The notes beneath the pieces were generated by a model. That model saw only the letters and a program-made list of their open reading frames with translations. It was not told the origin of the DNA and did no database searches. From NCBI GenBank assembly GCA_964582465.1, contig CAZOQX010000002.1, forward strand, positions 7,379-71,378: DNA of 64,000 nt, given 5' to 3'. Shown one piece after another: positions 55,719-64,000 of this stretch. Both the position numbers and the translations under genes were made by a program. The DNA comes from an uncultured Candidatus Saccharibacteria bacterium. Lineage in GTDB: Bacteria; Patescibacteriota; Saccharimonadia; UBA4664; CAZOQX01. The first letter of the stretch is position 1; every line of letters begins with the position of its first letter.

Positions 55719-56281
55719 CCTAGTAAGTAGTCCCTTAATTCCGGAAATTGATCTGTTTTCATGTCGCCTAAGGTAAAGTGACCACGATCCGCAAATTTTT
55801 CGAATTGGGCCTTTGGTAATTTGGCTTGGAGCAACTTTACTGTGGTCAAAATATCTGCATCGTCATCTGATGAGTAGAATACTTTTAGGCTTTTAATGCG
55901 ATTTAGTAGATCTGGATCAATTGCAAATTCGAAGAAGTTATTGGCAATTGTCCTTTCTGGGTCCATCCAGGGGGCCACAAGAGCGACTTTGCCAACCTTG
56001 ACGGAATTTTCGCTGAGCCATCGTACCAAAAAACCCGCCCCACAGCTGTGGCCAACCAGAACCGTACTAGCGTTAATAGTATTTCCCTCAAATAACTTCT
56101 TCCAGTTGCTGTAATTAGGACTGTAAGGCTTTGGCATCTCGGGGGTTTGTGTTTCCAGCCCAGTTTTTGTTAATTGTTTTTGCAGCCAGGGGAACCAATG
56201 GCTATTGGATAGGGAGGGATACTTGTCGCTAAAGAACTCCTCTTTATCGCAGCACCCGTGGACGAGAATAGCGTTTTTCAT
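55715..56281 (-). CDS. RBBP9/YdeN alpha/beta hydrolase
   Basis: LVHG, WFPWL, GHSCG, SSDD, GHF. Confidence 0.88.
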   Translation of the reverse strand: MKNAILVHGCCDKEEFFSDKYPSLSNSHWFPWLQKQLTKTGLETQTPEMPKPYSPNYSNWKKLFEGNTINASTVLVGHSCGAGFLVRWLSENSVKVGKVALVAPWMDPERTIANNFFEFAIDPDLLNRIKSLKVFYSSDDDADILTTVKLLQAKLPKAQFEKFADRGHFTLGDMKTDQFPELRDYLLG

Positions 56282-56283
56282 TG

Positions 56284-56721
56284 TTAACCCTTCAACTTTC
56301 GGCCGAGTTCGCGCTCGGTATCGCGCTTTTTAATACTTTCACGCTTGTCGTATTTCTTCTTGCCTTGGCCCAGGCCAATTTCCACTTTAATAAGGTTGTG
56401 GTCAAGCACGATGGCGGTTGGAATTGCTACCAGCCCGGCCTTTTTTTGTCCAATAATGCGCTCTAGTTCGCGTCGATGGAGGAGCAGTTTGCGGCTGCGC
56501 GTCGGTTCGGCGTTATTTTCGGCAGCTGGGGCGTAGGGATTAATTTGGGCATTGAGAAGGTAGGCCTCACGGGACTTTACGGTCACATAACTGCCGGCGA
56601 GGGAGGCATGGCCGCCGCGTAGACTCTTCACCTCCGGACCTGATAGGACAATTCCTGCAAGCAGGGTCTCGGTGATGGCGTAGTCGAACTTGGCGCGTTT
56701 GTTTTTAACCAAAACCTTCAT
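56284..56721 (-). CDS. smpB: SsrA-binding protein
   Basis: NKRAKFDY, AGIVLSGPEVKSLR, RKLLLH, GKKKYDKR. Confidence 0.97.
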   Translation of the reverse strand: MKVLVKNKRAKFDYAITETLLAGIVLSGPEVKSLRGGHASLAGSYVTVKSREAYLLNAQINPYAPAAENNAEPTRSRKLLLHRRELERIIGQKKAGLVAIPTAIVLDHNLIKVEIGLGQGKKKYDKRESIKKRDTERELGRKLKG

Positions 56722-56765
56722 AGCTTGATTATACAAGCATAAGTATTGGCTGATATAATTTGTCC

Positions 56766-58337
56766 ATGACTGCCGAAGTGAACCAGATTATTGAATCCGC
56801 TTGCCGTCAGGCTTTTAACCTGAGTGACGTAGAGGCTCTGTGTGAGCCGGTGGAGGCTAAATATGGGGATTATGCCACCAACGTGGCACTGCGGCTCGCC
56901 AGAGGGCTAAAAATGACCCCAACCGAGGTTGCCACTAAAATCGTGGCGGCCATTAATCACCAGGCGGTGGCGAAAGCCGAAGTGGCTGGGCCCGGGTTTA
57001 TCAATTTAACCATGCAGGCCTCCTGGTGGGGCGAGCGTTTGCATGAAATTACTGACCAGTATGGAGCGGCGGATTTGGGCAAGCATAAAAAGGTTCAGGT
57101 GGAGTTTATTTCTGCTAATCCGACTGGGCCGGCCACAGTTGGCAATGCTCGCGGCGGTTACATCGGCGATGTGATTGCACGCGTGCTCGAGCTTACTAAG
57201 CACCAGGTTACGAGGGAATATTACTTTAACGACGGCGGTACCCAGATTAAGAAACTGGGCGGATCGATTAAGGCGGCGGCTGGCCTGCCCAGCGATGAGG
57301 AGCAATATCAGGGTGAATATGTGACCGAATTGGTGAAAAAACTGAAACCTACGGCTAAAGATAGTGATGAAGATGTGGGCGCCAGGGCGACCGAGCTGGT
57401 TTTTGCCGATTACATTAAACCGGCAGTGGCTAAGATGGGAATTAAGTTTGATGTGTGGTTTAACGAGAAGAGCCTGATGACATCAGGGCAGCTGGCCTCA
57501 AGCATTGAGCGCCTGAAGGAGGCTGGTTTAGTTTACGAAAAAGACGGGGCTGTTTGGGTGGGCACCGAGAAGCTAGGGGATAATCAGGATCGCGTACTGA
57601 TGAAATCGAACGGCGATCCCACTTATCTGGGAAACGACATCCCTTATCACATTAATATCTTCGACCAGCGCGGCTTTGATGTGGCTATTAAGGTTTGGGG
57701 AGCCGATCATGCCGCTAATATGCGCTCGCTGGGGCTAGTGATGCAAAAATTATTTCCGAAGAAGAGTCTGGTATTTGTAATTAACCAGTTTGTTCGCCTG
57801 GTCAAAGATGGCAAAGAGTATCGGGTGAGCAAGCGGGCTGGTAATTTTGTCACTATTGAGGAGTTAATTGATCTGGTGGGAGCTGATGTGACGCGATTCT
57901 TTTTCTTGATGCACTCGGCGGATAGTCACATGGACTTTGATCTGAACTTAGCTCGCGAGCAGTCCCAGAAAAACCCGTTTTGGTACGTTATGTATTCCTT
58001 CGCGCGGGCTAACTCGATCCTAAAGCAGGCCGACAAGCGTAGGTACAAGCCGGGAGCTGCACTCTCGGAGCCAAACGCGGTGGAGCGAGCGCTGATCAAG
58101 CAAATGGTGCAGTGGCCAGAGCTCATCGCCCAGATGGCTCAGGATTATGGTGTGCACCGTTTGACCTTCTTCGGCATGGAGATCGCGCGGCGTTTTCATG
58201 ATTATTACGAATCCGAAAGAATCATTGACCTCGGTGAAGCCGAAGCTAGCGCTAAGCTCTATCTGGTAGAGCAGTACATCACTTTCATGCGGGTATATTT
58301 CCGGACGCTGGGGATCGAGCCACGCTCCGAGATGTAG
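56766..58337 (+). CDS. argS: arginine--tRNA ligase
   Basis: GDYATN, AGPGFIN, EFISANPTGP, WGADH, SKRAG. Confidence 0.96.
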   Translation: MTAEVNQIIESACRQAFNLSDVEALCEPVEAKYGDYATNVALRLARGLKMTPTEVATKIVAAINHQAVAKAEVAGPGFINLTMQASWWGERLHEITDQYGAADLGKHKKVQVEFISANPTGPATVGNARGGYIGDVIARVLELTKHQVTREYYFNDGGTQIKKLGGSIKAAAGLPSDEEQYQGEYVTELVKKLKPTAKDSDEDVGARATELVFADYIKPAVAKMGIKFDVWFNEKSLMTSGQLASSIERLKEAGLVYEKDGAVWVGTEKLGDNQDRVLMKSNGDPTYLGNDIPYHINIFDQRGFDVAIKVWGADHAANMRSLGLVMQKLFPKKSLVFVINQFVRLVKDGKEYRVSKRAGNFVTIEELIDLVGADVTRFFFLMHSADSHMDFDLNLAREQSQKNPFWYVMYSFARANSILKQADKRRYKPGAALSEPNAVERALIKQMVQWPELIAQMAQDYGVHRLTFFGMEIARRFHDYYESERIIDLGEAEASAKLYLVEQYITFMRVYFRTLGIEPRSEM

Positions 58338-60419
58338 CTAGGGGGCGAGCGTAAACTCGGCTAGCCTGGTATCCATGAGAACCGCTACGGTACCGGATTG
58401 TTTAGGCACAAAGCGGGCTCCGTATAAAGTTCCGAAACCATTTAGGATAAATTGGCTATCTAAGGTCAGGCTCTTATCTGTTACCTTCACCAAGCCAATC
58501 GTCTTGGTCGTCGGGTCGGTTAGGATTAGGCTATTGCCGTCGCTTGCGATATCAAGTGAACTAGCGTGGCTCAGGCTGCTGGGCACGTTCATCTGAGCAC
58601 TCAGAGTGGTGCCGGCATAGTGTTTTAGGTTGCCTGGTGTAATCACGTAGATGGTGCCATCAACAGCCAGAACTTTGGCACTCCCGAGCGGATCTGTAAA
58701 GTAGGAGACCGGACCGGTGAAGGAACCGCCTCCTAGGGGAGTCTGCTTAAGCATTTGATTGCCATCTGTTGAAAGCAGGTATAAGTTACCGGCGTAGGTG
58801 GTAATAAAGCTAGATTGGGGCCAGCCGTTACCGCCGGAGTTTTGCTTTACGAGGGTGCCACTAGCCGGGCTGTACGCCCAGACCGCTGGCTCCTTGGTAA
58901 GTAAGTAGATCGATCCGGCGTCACTACTAAAACTGCTCGAAACAATTTCTCCGAGGCTAGGGTTGACGGCATTACCAGAGCCTAATCGGTGGTTTGCGAG
59001 GTCAACGGGCGATACCTGGCCGTCACGACTCGCCAGGTAAATAGTATCTACTGAAGCGTTAATAAACTGGAAGTGCTTAGATGAAAGCGTCAGCAGACCC
59101 TTAGGAGTCACATGTACCAAACCGTTGGCTCGACTGATCAGATCGGCGGCTGCTTGTTCCACGGAGGCCAGTGATTGGTACTTACCGCCGACTTTTTTCA
59201 GGCGGGCATCAATTTTTTTGCGGCCGGTCTTCGCTAAATCGGCAGCGTCGGCCTGGGTCGCTAGTGCTACTCCTTGAGCAGTTGCTTTATCGCCGGCGGC
59301 GAGTGCACTGCTGGCTTGGTCGAGCTGAGCTACATCCTGATTGAATCGGTTGAGTTCCACCGCCGTAACCTTCGAGCCGGCGCCCTTAGCTAAAACTAGT
59401 GCGGTAATAATTACAACAGCTACCAACATCCCTCCTGATATGGCAAGCGTACGGCGAGAAGATTGGCTGAATTGCTTCCGCACAGACCGATAAGTTCCTC
59501 TGGTTGCGTCCTTAATCTGGGGCCAGAGCTTGGTCTTGGTAAATGTGACAGCATTTAAGCTTTGGGTTTTGGCTCCCTGAGCCAGTTTATGGCCAGTGGT
59601 TTTGGCGGCTTTGAGCGTGGTTTCTAGAGCGGGCTGAACGATGGTCTTTGCATCATCGAGTAGCTTGGCGGCTTCCACTTCCTGGGTAGCGGGCTGGCTG
59701 GGCAAGGGGTTGGCGGCGGCCAGTTCGGGAGTGAGGACATCGGCGACTACCGCCGCCACGCGATCGGTCTGGCGCTGCGAATTAATAGCGTCGGCGATCT
59801 GGGTAATGGCGGCTGGCGGCGTGTGCTCGGTCACTAGCTTTAGCAGCTCAGCTTTGGCTATCTGGTGCAAAAGTGCTGGCGTGGTGATGAGCACATGATC
59901 TTGGTTCTCGAGTGGACCACTTATGATATTCTCGAAAGTTCTAGCTGCCTGGTACAGGCGTTGATTCTTTTCAGCCGCGAAGGGGTGGGCGCGCCCCTCT
60001 CGATATAAGTAGGCTTCGGCTGATCCGGTGAGGCTAAGCAGTAGTTCGGTTTCAGCCAGCGCAAAAATGACGCCGCTAATCTTCCCAACCCAGCCGCTGT
60101 TACCAGCTGCAGCGTAATCCTTCAGGGCTTCATTGACGGCCCTAATTGTCTCTTCGAATTGCTTTTCAGGTTTGGAGCTGGCGGCGTCTCGCTCCGGTAG
60201 GGCATAATAGTGATCAAGGGCGGTATTAATTATCAGATCAACTAGGCGCTCGGCCTGCCGCGCGTCACCCAAAACTTCCACTACCACGCCAAGTTGACCG
60301 AGGTGTTCCTCAGTATAAATGTCTGGTTCGTGGACGTAAGCCGTGGCGAAGCTCGCCGAAAAGCGGGGATTACGGAAGTGAGGAACCAGCGCGGCTGCCC
60401 TTGCAATCAGTTTTGCCAT
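58338..60419 (-). CDS. hypothetical membrane protein (PP2C-like N-domain, TM, beta-propeller-like C-domain)
   Basis: 693-aa ORF; GSAEAYLYREG..ISGPL..D.VL; central TM; TYAGNLYLL, VDGTIY. Confidence 0.65.
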   Translation of the reverse strand: MAKLIARAAALVPHFRNPRFSASFATAYVHEPDIYTEEHLGQLGVVVEVLGDARQAERLVDLIINTALDHYYALPERDAASSKPEKQFEETIRAVNEALKDYAAAGNSGWVGKISGVIFALAETELLLSLTGSAEAYLYREGRAHPFAAEKNQRLYQAARTFENIISGPLENQDHVLITTPALLHQIAKAELLKLVTEHTPPAAITQIADAINSQRQTDRVAAVVADVLTPELAAANPLPSQPATQEVEAAKLLDDAKTIVQPALETTLKAAKTTGHKLAQGAKTQSLNAVTFTKTKLWPQIKDATRGTYRSVRKQFSQSSRRTLAISGGMLVAVVIITALVLAKGAGSKVTAVELNRFNQDVAQLDQASSALAAGDKATAQGVALATQADAADLAKTGRKKIDARLKKVGGKYQSLASVEQAAADLISRANGLVHVTPKGLLTLSSKHFQFINASVDTIYLASRDGQVSPVDLANHRLGSGNAVNPSLGEIVSSSFSSDAGSIYLLTKEPAVWAYSPASGTLVKQNSGGNGWPQSSFITTYAGNLYLLSTDGNQMLKQTPLGGGSFTGPVSYFTDPLGSAKVLAVDGTIYVITPGNLKHYAGTTLSAQMNVPSSLSHASSLDIASDGNSLILTDPTTKTIGLVKVTDKSLTLDSQFILNGFGTLYGARFVPKQSGTVAVLMDTRLAEFTLAP

Positions 60420-60487
60420 CGCTTGCTAATATATCATCCGGATCCAATCACCTACAACTCTTACGCTTCCTGGTATACTTAAGTTTA

Positions 60488-63337
60488 GTGGATTTAAGCG
60501 ATCTAAATGCCGAGCAAAAGCAGGCCGTGGAGCATGATCAGGGGCCAATTTTAGTTGTGGCCGGGGCTGGTACCGGTAAAACTGAAGTCATCGTGCGCCG
60601 TATGGCTCACTTGATCAGGGCTGGCAAGGCCAAACCCAGCGAAATCTTGGCGGTGACGTTCACCGAAAAGGCGGCTCGCGAGATGGAGAACCGTTTGGTG
60701 GATATGGTTGGCTATCTATACGACGGGCGGATTATGACCTTTAACGCCTACGGCGAGGATTTGCTGAGCCGCTACGGCCTCGAGGTTGGCTACGGCCGGC
60801 TGCAGTTGATTAACCAGGCCCAGCAGCGGATTTTGATTACTGAGAACATTGATCAATTTGATCTGGATTACTTTGCGCCAATTTCCTCTCCTGAGCGCTA
60901 TGTGGCCGAGCTAGCGCGCTATTTCTCCAAACTCAAGAACGAGCTAATTGATCCGGTTATCTACGAGAAGTATGCAAGCAAACTTAATCAGGCCGCCAAA
61001 GAGCGAGAGGAGAAGTTCGAGGCGAAGCGGCAGCTCGAATTAGCCCGCGCTTATAGCGTTTATACCCGGATATGTCGCGAGCGGGATTTGATCGACTTCG
61101 ATGATCAAATTCTCCTGAGCCTGGAGCTACTCGAGCAGCGGCCAAATCTGTTAAAGCAGGAGCAGGCCAAACTCAAATACATTTTGGTCGACGAATTTCA
61201 GGATACTAATTTGGCCCAAAGCCGTCTGCTTTATACTCTGGCGGCGCCCCCGCACAACCTGATGGTGGTGGGCGATGATGATCAGAGTATCTACAAATTC
61301 CGAGGGGCAGCGATTTCCAATATCCTGGCGTTTCGTGAGCGTTATCCAGATTCACAGCTAGTGGTTTTAACTAAGAACTACCGCTCAGCTCAGCCAATTT
61401 TGGACATGGCCTACCAGTTAATTCAGCATAACAACCCCGATCGCTTGGAACAGAGGGAGTCAATTTCCAAACATTTGACTGGTAGCGTCAAGGGAGAGAA
61501 GCCACAGTTGATGAGATTTGATACCACAGAGCTCGAAGCCGATTATCTGGCGACGGAGCTCGCTACGCGCGGCAAGAAAGGCCAACCCGACGGGACAGTC
61601 GCGATTCTACTGCGCAAAAATAACCAAGCCGGGCCGGTGTTGCATGCCTTGGAGCGGCGCGGAGTGGCCTATGAACTGGTGGGGCAATCGCAGAACCTGT
61701 ACCAGCAGAAAGAAATACAATATCTGTTGTATTTTTTACAATTCTGCGTCGACCCGACGGATTCAACTAGTCTGTACCATCTACTTGCCGGAGATGTATT
61801 TAAAGTGCCAGTGGCATTGCTAAGGGAATTGGCCGCTCAGGCTAAGCGCCAAACTATTAGTCTGTGGCAGTTACTGAAACTCGATCAGCCACTTGGTCTC
61901 GCAGATACGCTAGAGCGCCTCAATCGCTTGAGTGGTCAACTACCGCATAAGTCCGTCGGTGAGCTCGCCTATAATTTCTTGGAGGAGACTGGCTATATTA
62001 AACAGCTGGTGGAGCAAGCCGAAAATGATCCCAGATATGATTATGCGATCGTGAGCCTCAATCAGTATTTTAAAACCTTAGGTGATTATGAAAGGGTGGC
62101 GAAAGATCGGTCAGCCGTGGGCTATGTCGGGCAGCTACCCGGTCTAATCGAGGCTGGTGAGACGTTTGAAACCGGGGAAGCTGATCTAGCCTCGGCCGCG
62201 GTTCAGGTGATGACGGTCCACCGTGCCAAGGGCTTGGAGTTCGACTCGGTCTATATCTATGACGTGTCGGCTGGAGCTTTTCCGACGCGCAACCTGGCCC
62301 AACCCTTGGTGATCCCGGATGAAATGGTGTGGCATGAAGTGTTGCCCGGAGGCGATTGGCATCTTGCTGAGGAGCGGCGCCTGATGTATGTGGCGATGAC
62401 GCGGGCCAAGAAGCGCTTAATTTTAACGTATTCGCCTGATCACGGCGGAAAATTATTGAAACAACCTTCACCCTTCTTGGCCGAAGCTGGCCTAGTTACT
62501 GCGCCGCTTGCAAGTAGCCGCCGGCCCCTGAAGCAATTGGAGCAAATTGAGCTGTTTGGTCAACGTGAAATCGAACCGGTCGCCCAATTACCGCGCTTTT
62601 ATGATGGCGACCGGCTGTCTTTGAGTGTCCGCCAGGTCATTGACTACCTGGAGTGTCCCGCCGAATTCCGCTGGGTGCATATTCTTCAGGTGCCCGAGCG
62701 GCCCAGTCCTGCCCTGATGTACGGCAACATCATTCATCATGTGATTCAACGCTACCATCAGGCCAGCCGGTGGGAAGGTGTGAAGGTGGAGGATCTAGTG
62801 CAGATTCTGAAGGATGAATGGAAAAATGAAGGCTTTTTGTCGCGCGGGCTCCAGGAGCGTAGCTTAGCTCAAGCCGAGCAGACCATTCGTAACTTCTACG
62901 CTCGGGAGAGTGCCACAAAGCGCCAGCCAACTGAATTTGAGCGCTCATTTAGCGTGGAGTTTCCGGAATTAAAACTGATTGTAAACGGTCGATTTGACGC
63001 CGTTTACAAGGAGGAGGAGACGGAAGTGCGCGATTATAAAACTGGGGCACCACGGATTACCGATCAGGAAAAAGCCGACAAAGCCGCCCGCACCAACCTG
63101 CAGCTCGCAATTTACGCCCTGGCTTGGCAGCGCCTGACGGGTCAGCTGCCAGATAGATTGACGTTAGATTTTGTCGACGTGGGATTAATCGGCGCAACCA
63201 GTAAGTCCCCAAAACAGATCCAAACCCTCGAAGACAAGCTGCGCGAAGCCGTAACTGGAATCAGGCGGGGAGACTTCTCTCCGAGCGGCAACTGCACCAG
63301 GCACCGTCACAGCCAAATTTATGAGGAGATCACATGA
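60488..63337 (+). CDS. UvrD/PcrA-family helicase fused to PD-(D/E)XK nuclease
   Basis: AGAGTGKT, VDEFQD, VGDDDQSIY, NYRS, TVHRAKGLEF, YVAMTRA; C-terminal GRFD..DYKTG..QLAIYA. Confidence 0.92.
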   Translation: MDLSDLNAEQKQAVEHDQGPILVVAGAGTGKTEVIVRRMAHLIRAGKAKPSEILAVTFTEKAAREMENRLVDMVGYLYDGRIMTFNAYGEDLLSRYGLEVGYGRLQLINQAQQRILITENIDQFDLDYFAPISSPERYVAELARYFSKLKNELIDPVIYEKYASKLNQAAKEREEKFEAKRQLELARAYSVYTRICRERDLIDFDDQILLSLELLEQRPNLLKQEQAKLKYILVDEFQDTNLAQSRLLYTLAAPPHNLMVVGDDDQSIYKFRGAAISNILAFRERYPDSQLVVLTKNYRSAQPILDMAYQLIQHNNPDRLEQRESISKHLTGSVKGEKPQLMRFDTTELEADYLATELATRGKKGQPDGTVAILLRKNNQAGPVLHALERRGVAYELVGQSQNLYQQKEIQYLLYFLQFCVDPTDSTSLYHLLAGDVFKVPVALLRELAAQAKRQTISLWQLLKLDQPLGLADTLERLNRLSGQLPHKSVGELAYNFLEETGYIKQLVEQAENDPRYDYAIVSLNQYFKTLGDYERVAKDRSAVGYVGQLPGLIEAGETFETGEADLASAAVQVMTVHRAKGLEFDSVYIYDVSAGAFPTRNLAQPLVIPDEMVWHEVLPGGDWHLAEERRLMYVAMTRAKKRLILTYSPDHGGKLLKQPSPFLAEAGLVTAPLASSRRPLKQLEQIELFGQREIEPVAQLPRFYDGDRLSLSVRQVIDYLECPAEFRWVHILQVPERPSPALMYGNIIHHVIQRYHQASRWEGVKVEDLVQILKDEWKNEGFLSRGLQERSLAQAEQTIRNFYARESATKRQPTEFERSFSVEFPELKLIVNGRFDAVYKEEETEVRDYKTGAPRITDQEKADKAARTNLQLAIYALAWQRLTGQLPDRLTLDFVDVGLIGATSKSPKQIQTLEDKLREAVTGIRRGDFSPSGNCTRHRHSQIYEEIT

Positions 63338-63786
63338 GAGACCAAGCTTGGCTCGAAAATTTGTTCAATTCTATCTGGGACGACTACTTTAATGACGTAC
63401 CTTACGACCATAAATTAGTTGTTCAGTTTGGGCGCAAAGCTAAAACCCGATTAGGGTCAATCCGATTGGGCGCTAAAGGAGAAAGCATCATTACTGTTAA
63501 CGGTTTATTTAAAGATTCCCAGATACCAGAGATAGTTGTAAAAGCTACAATAGTACACGAACTTTCACACTATGCCCATGGCTTCAACTCCCCTTTGAGC
63601 CAAAAATTTCGCTATCCGCACGCTGGCGGAGTGATGCGAGCCGAGTTCCGAGAGCGAGGGCTAGAGGAGCTCTACGTCCAGCAAAAACGTTGGCTGAAAG
63701 ATAATTGGCGCCAGATAGTCGAGACTAATTTCGTACCCAGACGTCGGTCGAGTCGGAGCAAAGTGCCAAAACCGTTTTGGTTTTAA
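63334..63786 (+). CDS. SprT-like zinc metalloprotease
   Basis: RLGSI, TIVHELSH..H (HExxH); ATGA overlap with helicase. Confidence 0.75.
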   Translation: MRDQAWLENLFNSIWDDYFNDVPYDHKLVVQFGRKAKTRLGSIRLGAKGESIITVNGLFKDSQIPEIVVKATIVHELSHYAHGFNSPLSQKFRYPHAGGVMRAEFRERGLEELYVQQKRWLKDNWRQIVETNFVPRRRSSRSKVPKPFWF

Positions 63787-63814
63787 GCTTGCTCCCAAGT
63801 AAAATAGGTAATCA

Positions 63815-63890
63815 CGGGGTGTGGCGCAGCTGGTAGCGCGCAGCGTTCGGGTCGCTGAGGCCGCCGGTTCGAGTCCGGCCACCCCGACCA
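63815..63890 (+). tRNA. tRNA-Pro(CGG)
   Basis: CGGGGTG..TTCGGGT loop..GGTTCGA..CCA. Confidence 0.95.
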
Positions 63891-63897
63891 TAGTATT

Positions 63898-63927
63898 TAC
63901 GGTAATTGTTCGGTTTTGTGATATAAT
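63898..63927 (+). promoter_or_regulatory. probable LexA box and extended -10
   Basis: TACGG-taattg-TTCGG (63898-63913), TGaTATAAT. Confidence 0.65.
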
Positions 63928-63933
63928 CAGATA

Positions 63934-64000
63934 ATGAAGCGCGGGATTGCAACATTCACGCTAGATCATGGCCATTGTCCGCCCTGGCTGTTTGCCCGGA
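63934..64000 (+). CDS. probable DUF763 family protein, 3'-truncated
   Basis: MKRGIATFTLDHGHCPPWLFAR resembles the DUF763 N-terminus; only 22 codons visible. Confidence 0.55.
   Translation, partial: MKRGIATFTLDHGHCPPWLFAR

Noticed and set aside
1-64000. CRISPR array, IS element, integron attC array or recoded stop codons
   Set aside because: No regular repeat-spacer pattern, transposase or attC core sites were seen, and conserved genes read through intact in code 11.

Overview
Bacterial chromosomal segment in genetic code 11 with a compact, monoderm-type gene set: MurT/GatD, LCP, L,D-transpeptidase, UgtP-like glycosyltransferase, PrsA, and no intact biosynthetic operons. This content most resembles a Patescibacteria (CPR) genome, which is an inference. 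It carries translation genes (thrS, argS, infC-rpmI-rplT, rplY, rpmB, miaA, smpB), seven tRNAs, tmRNA, RNase P RNA and a probable 6S RNA. It also has DNA repair genes (DinB-type polymerase, ATL, ComM/YifB, UvrD-nuclease fusion), envelope glycosyltransferases and many orphan genes. No integrase, transposase, CRISPR array or prophage was seen. Most notable observations: (1) a T(T/A)CGG-N6-TTCGG direct repeat in three promoters defines a probable LexA regulon, including a four-helix-bundle (Avd/23S-IVP-like) gene coupled to DinB; (2) a promoter-bearing structured RNA with a sequestered SD and a 30-aa Arg-rich ORF at about 39.9-40.3 kb; (3) a leader-peptide attenuator before an ABC exporter; (4) a two-hairpin leader RNA before tmRNA; (5) two expression classes, namely leaderless core genes and self-contained, often GC-rich, SD-led orphan cassettes. 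Product calls come from motif recognition by eye; no searches were run.
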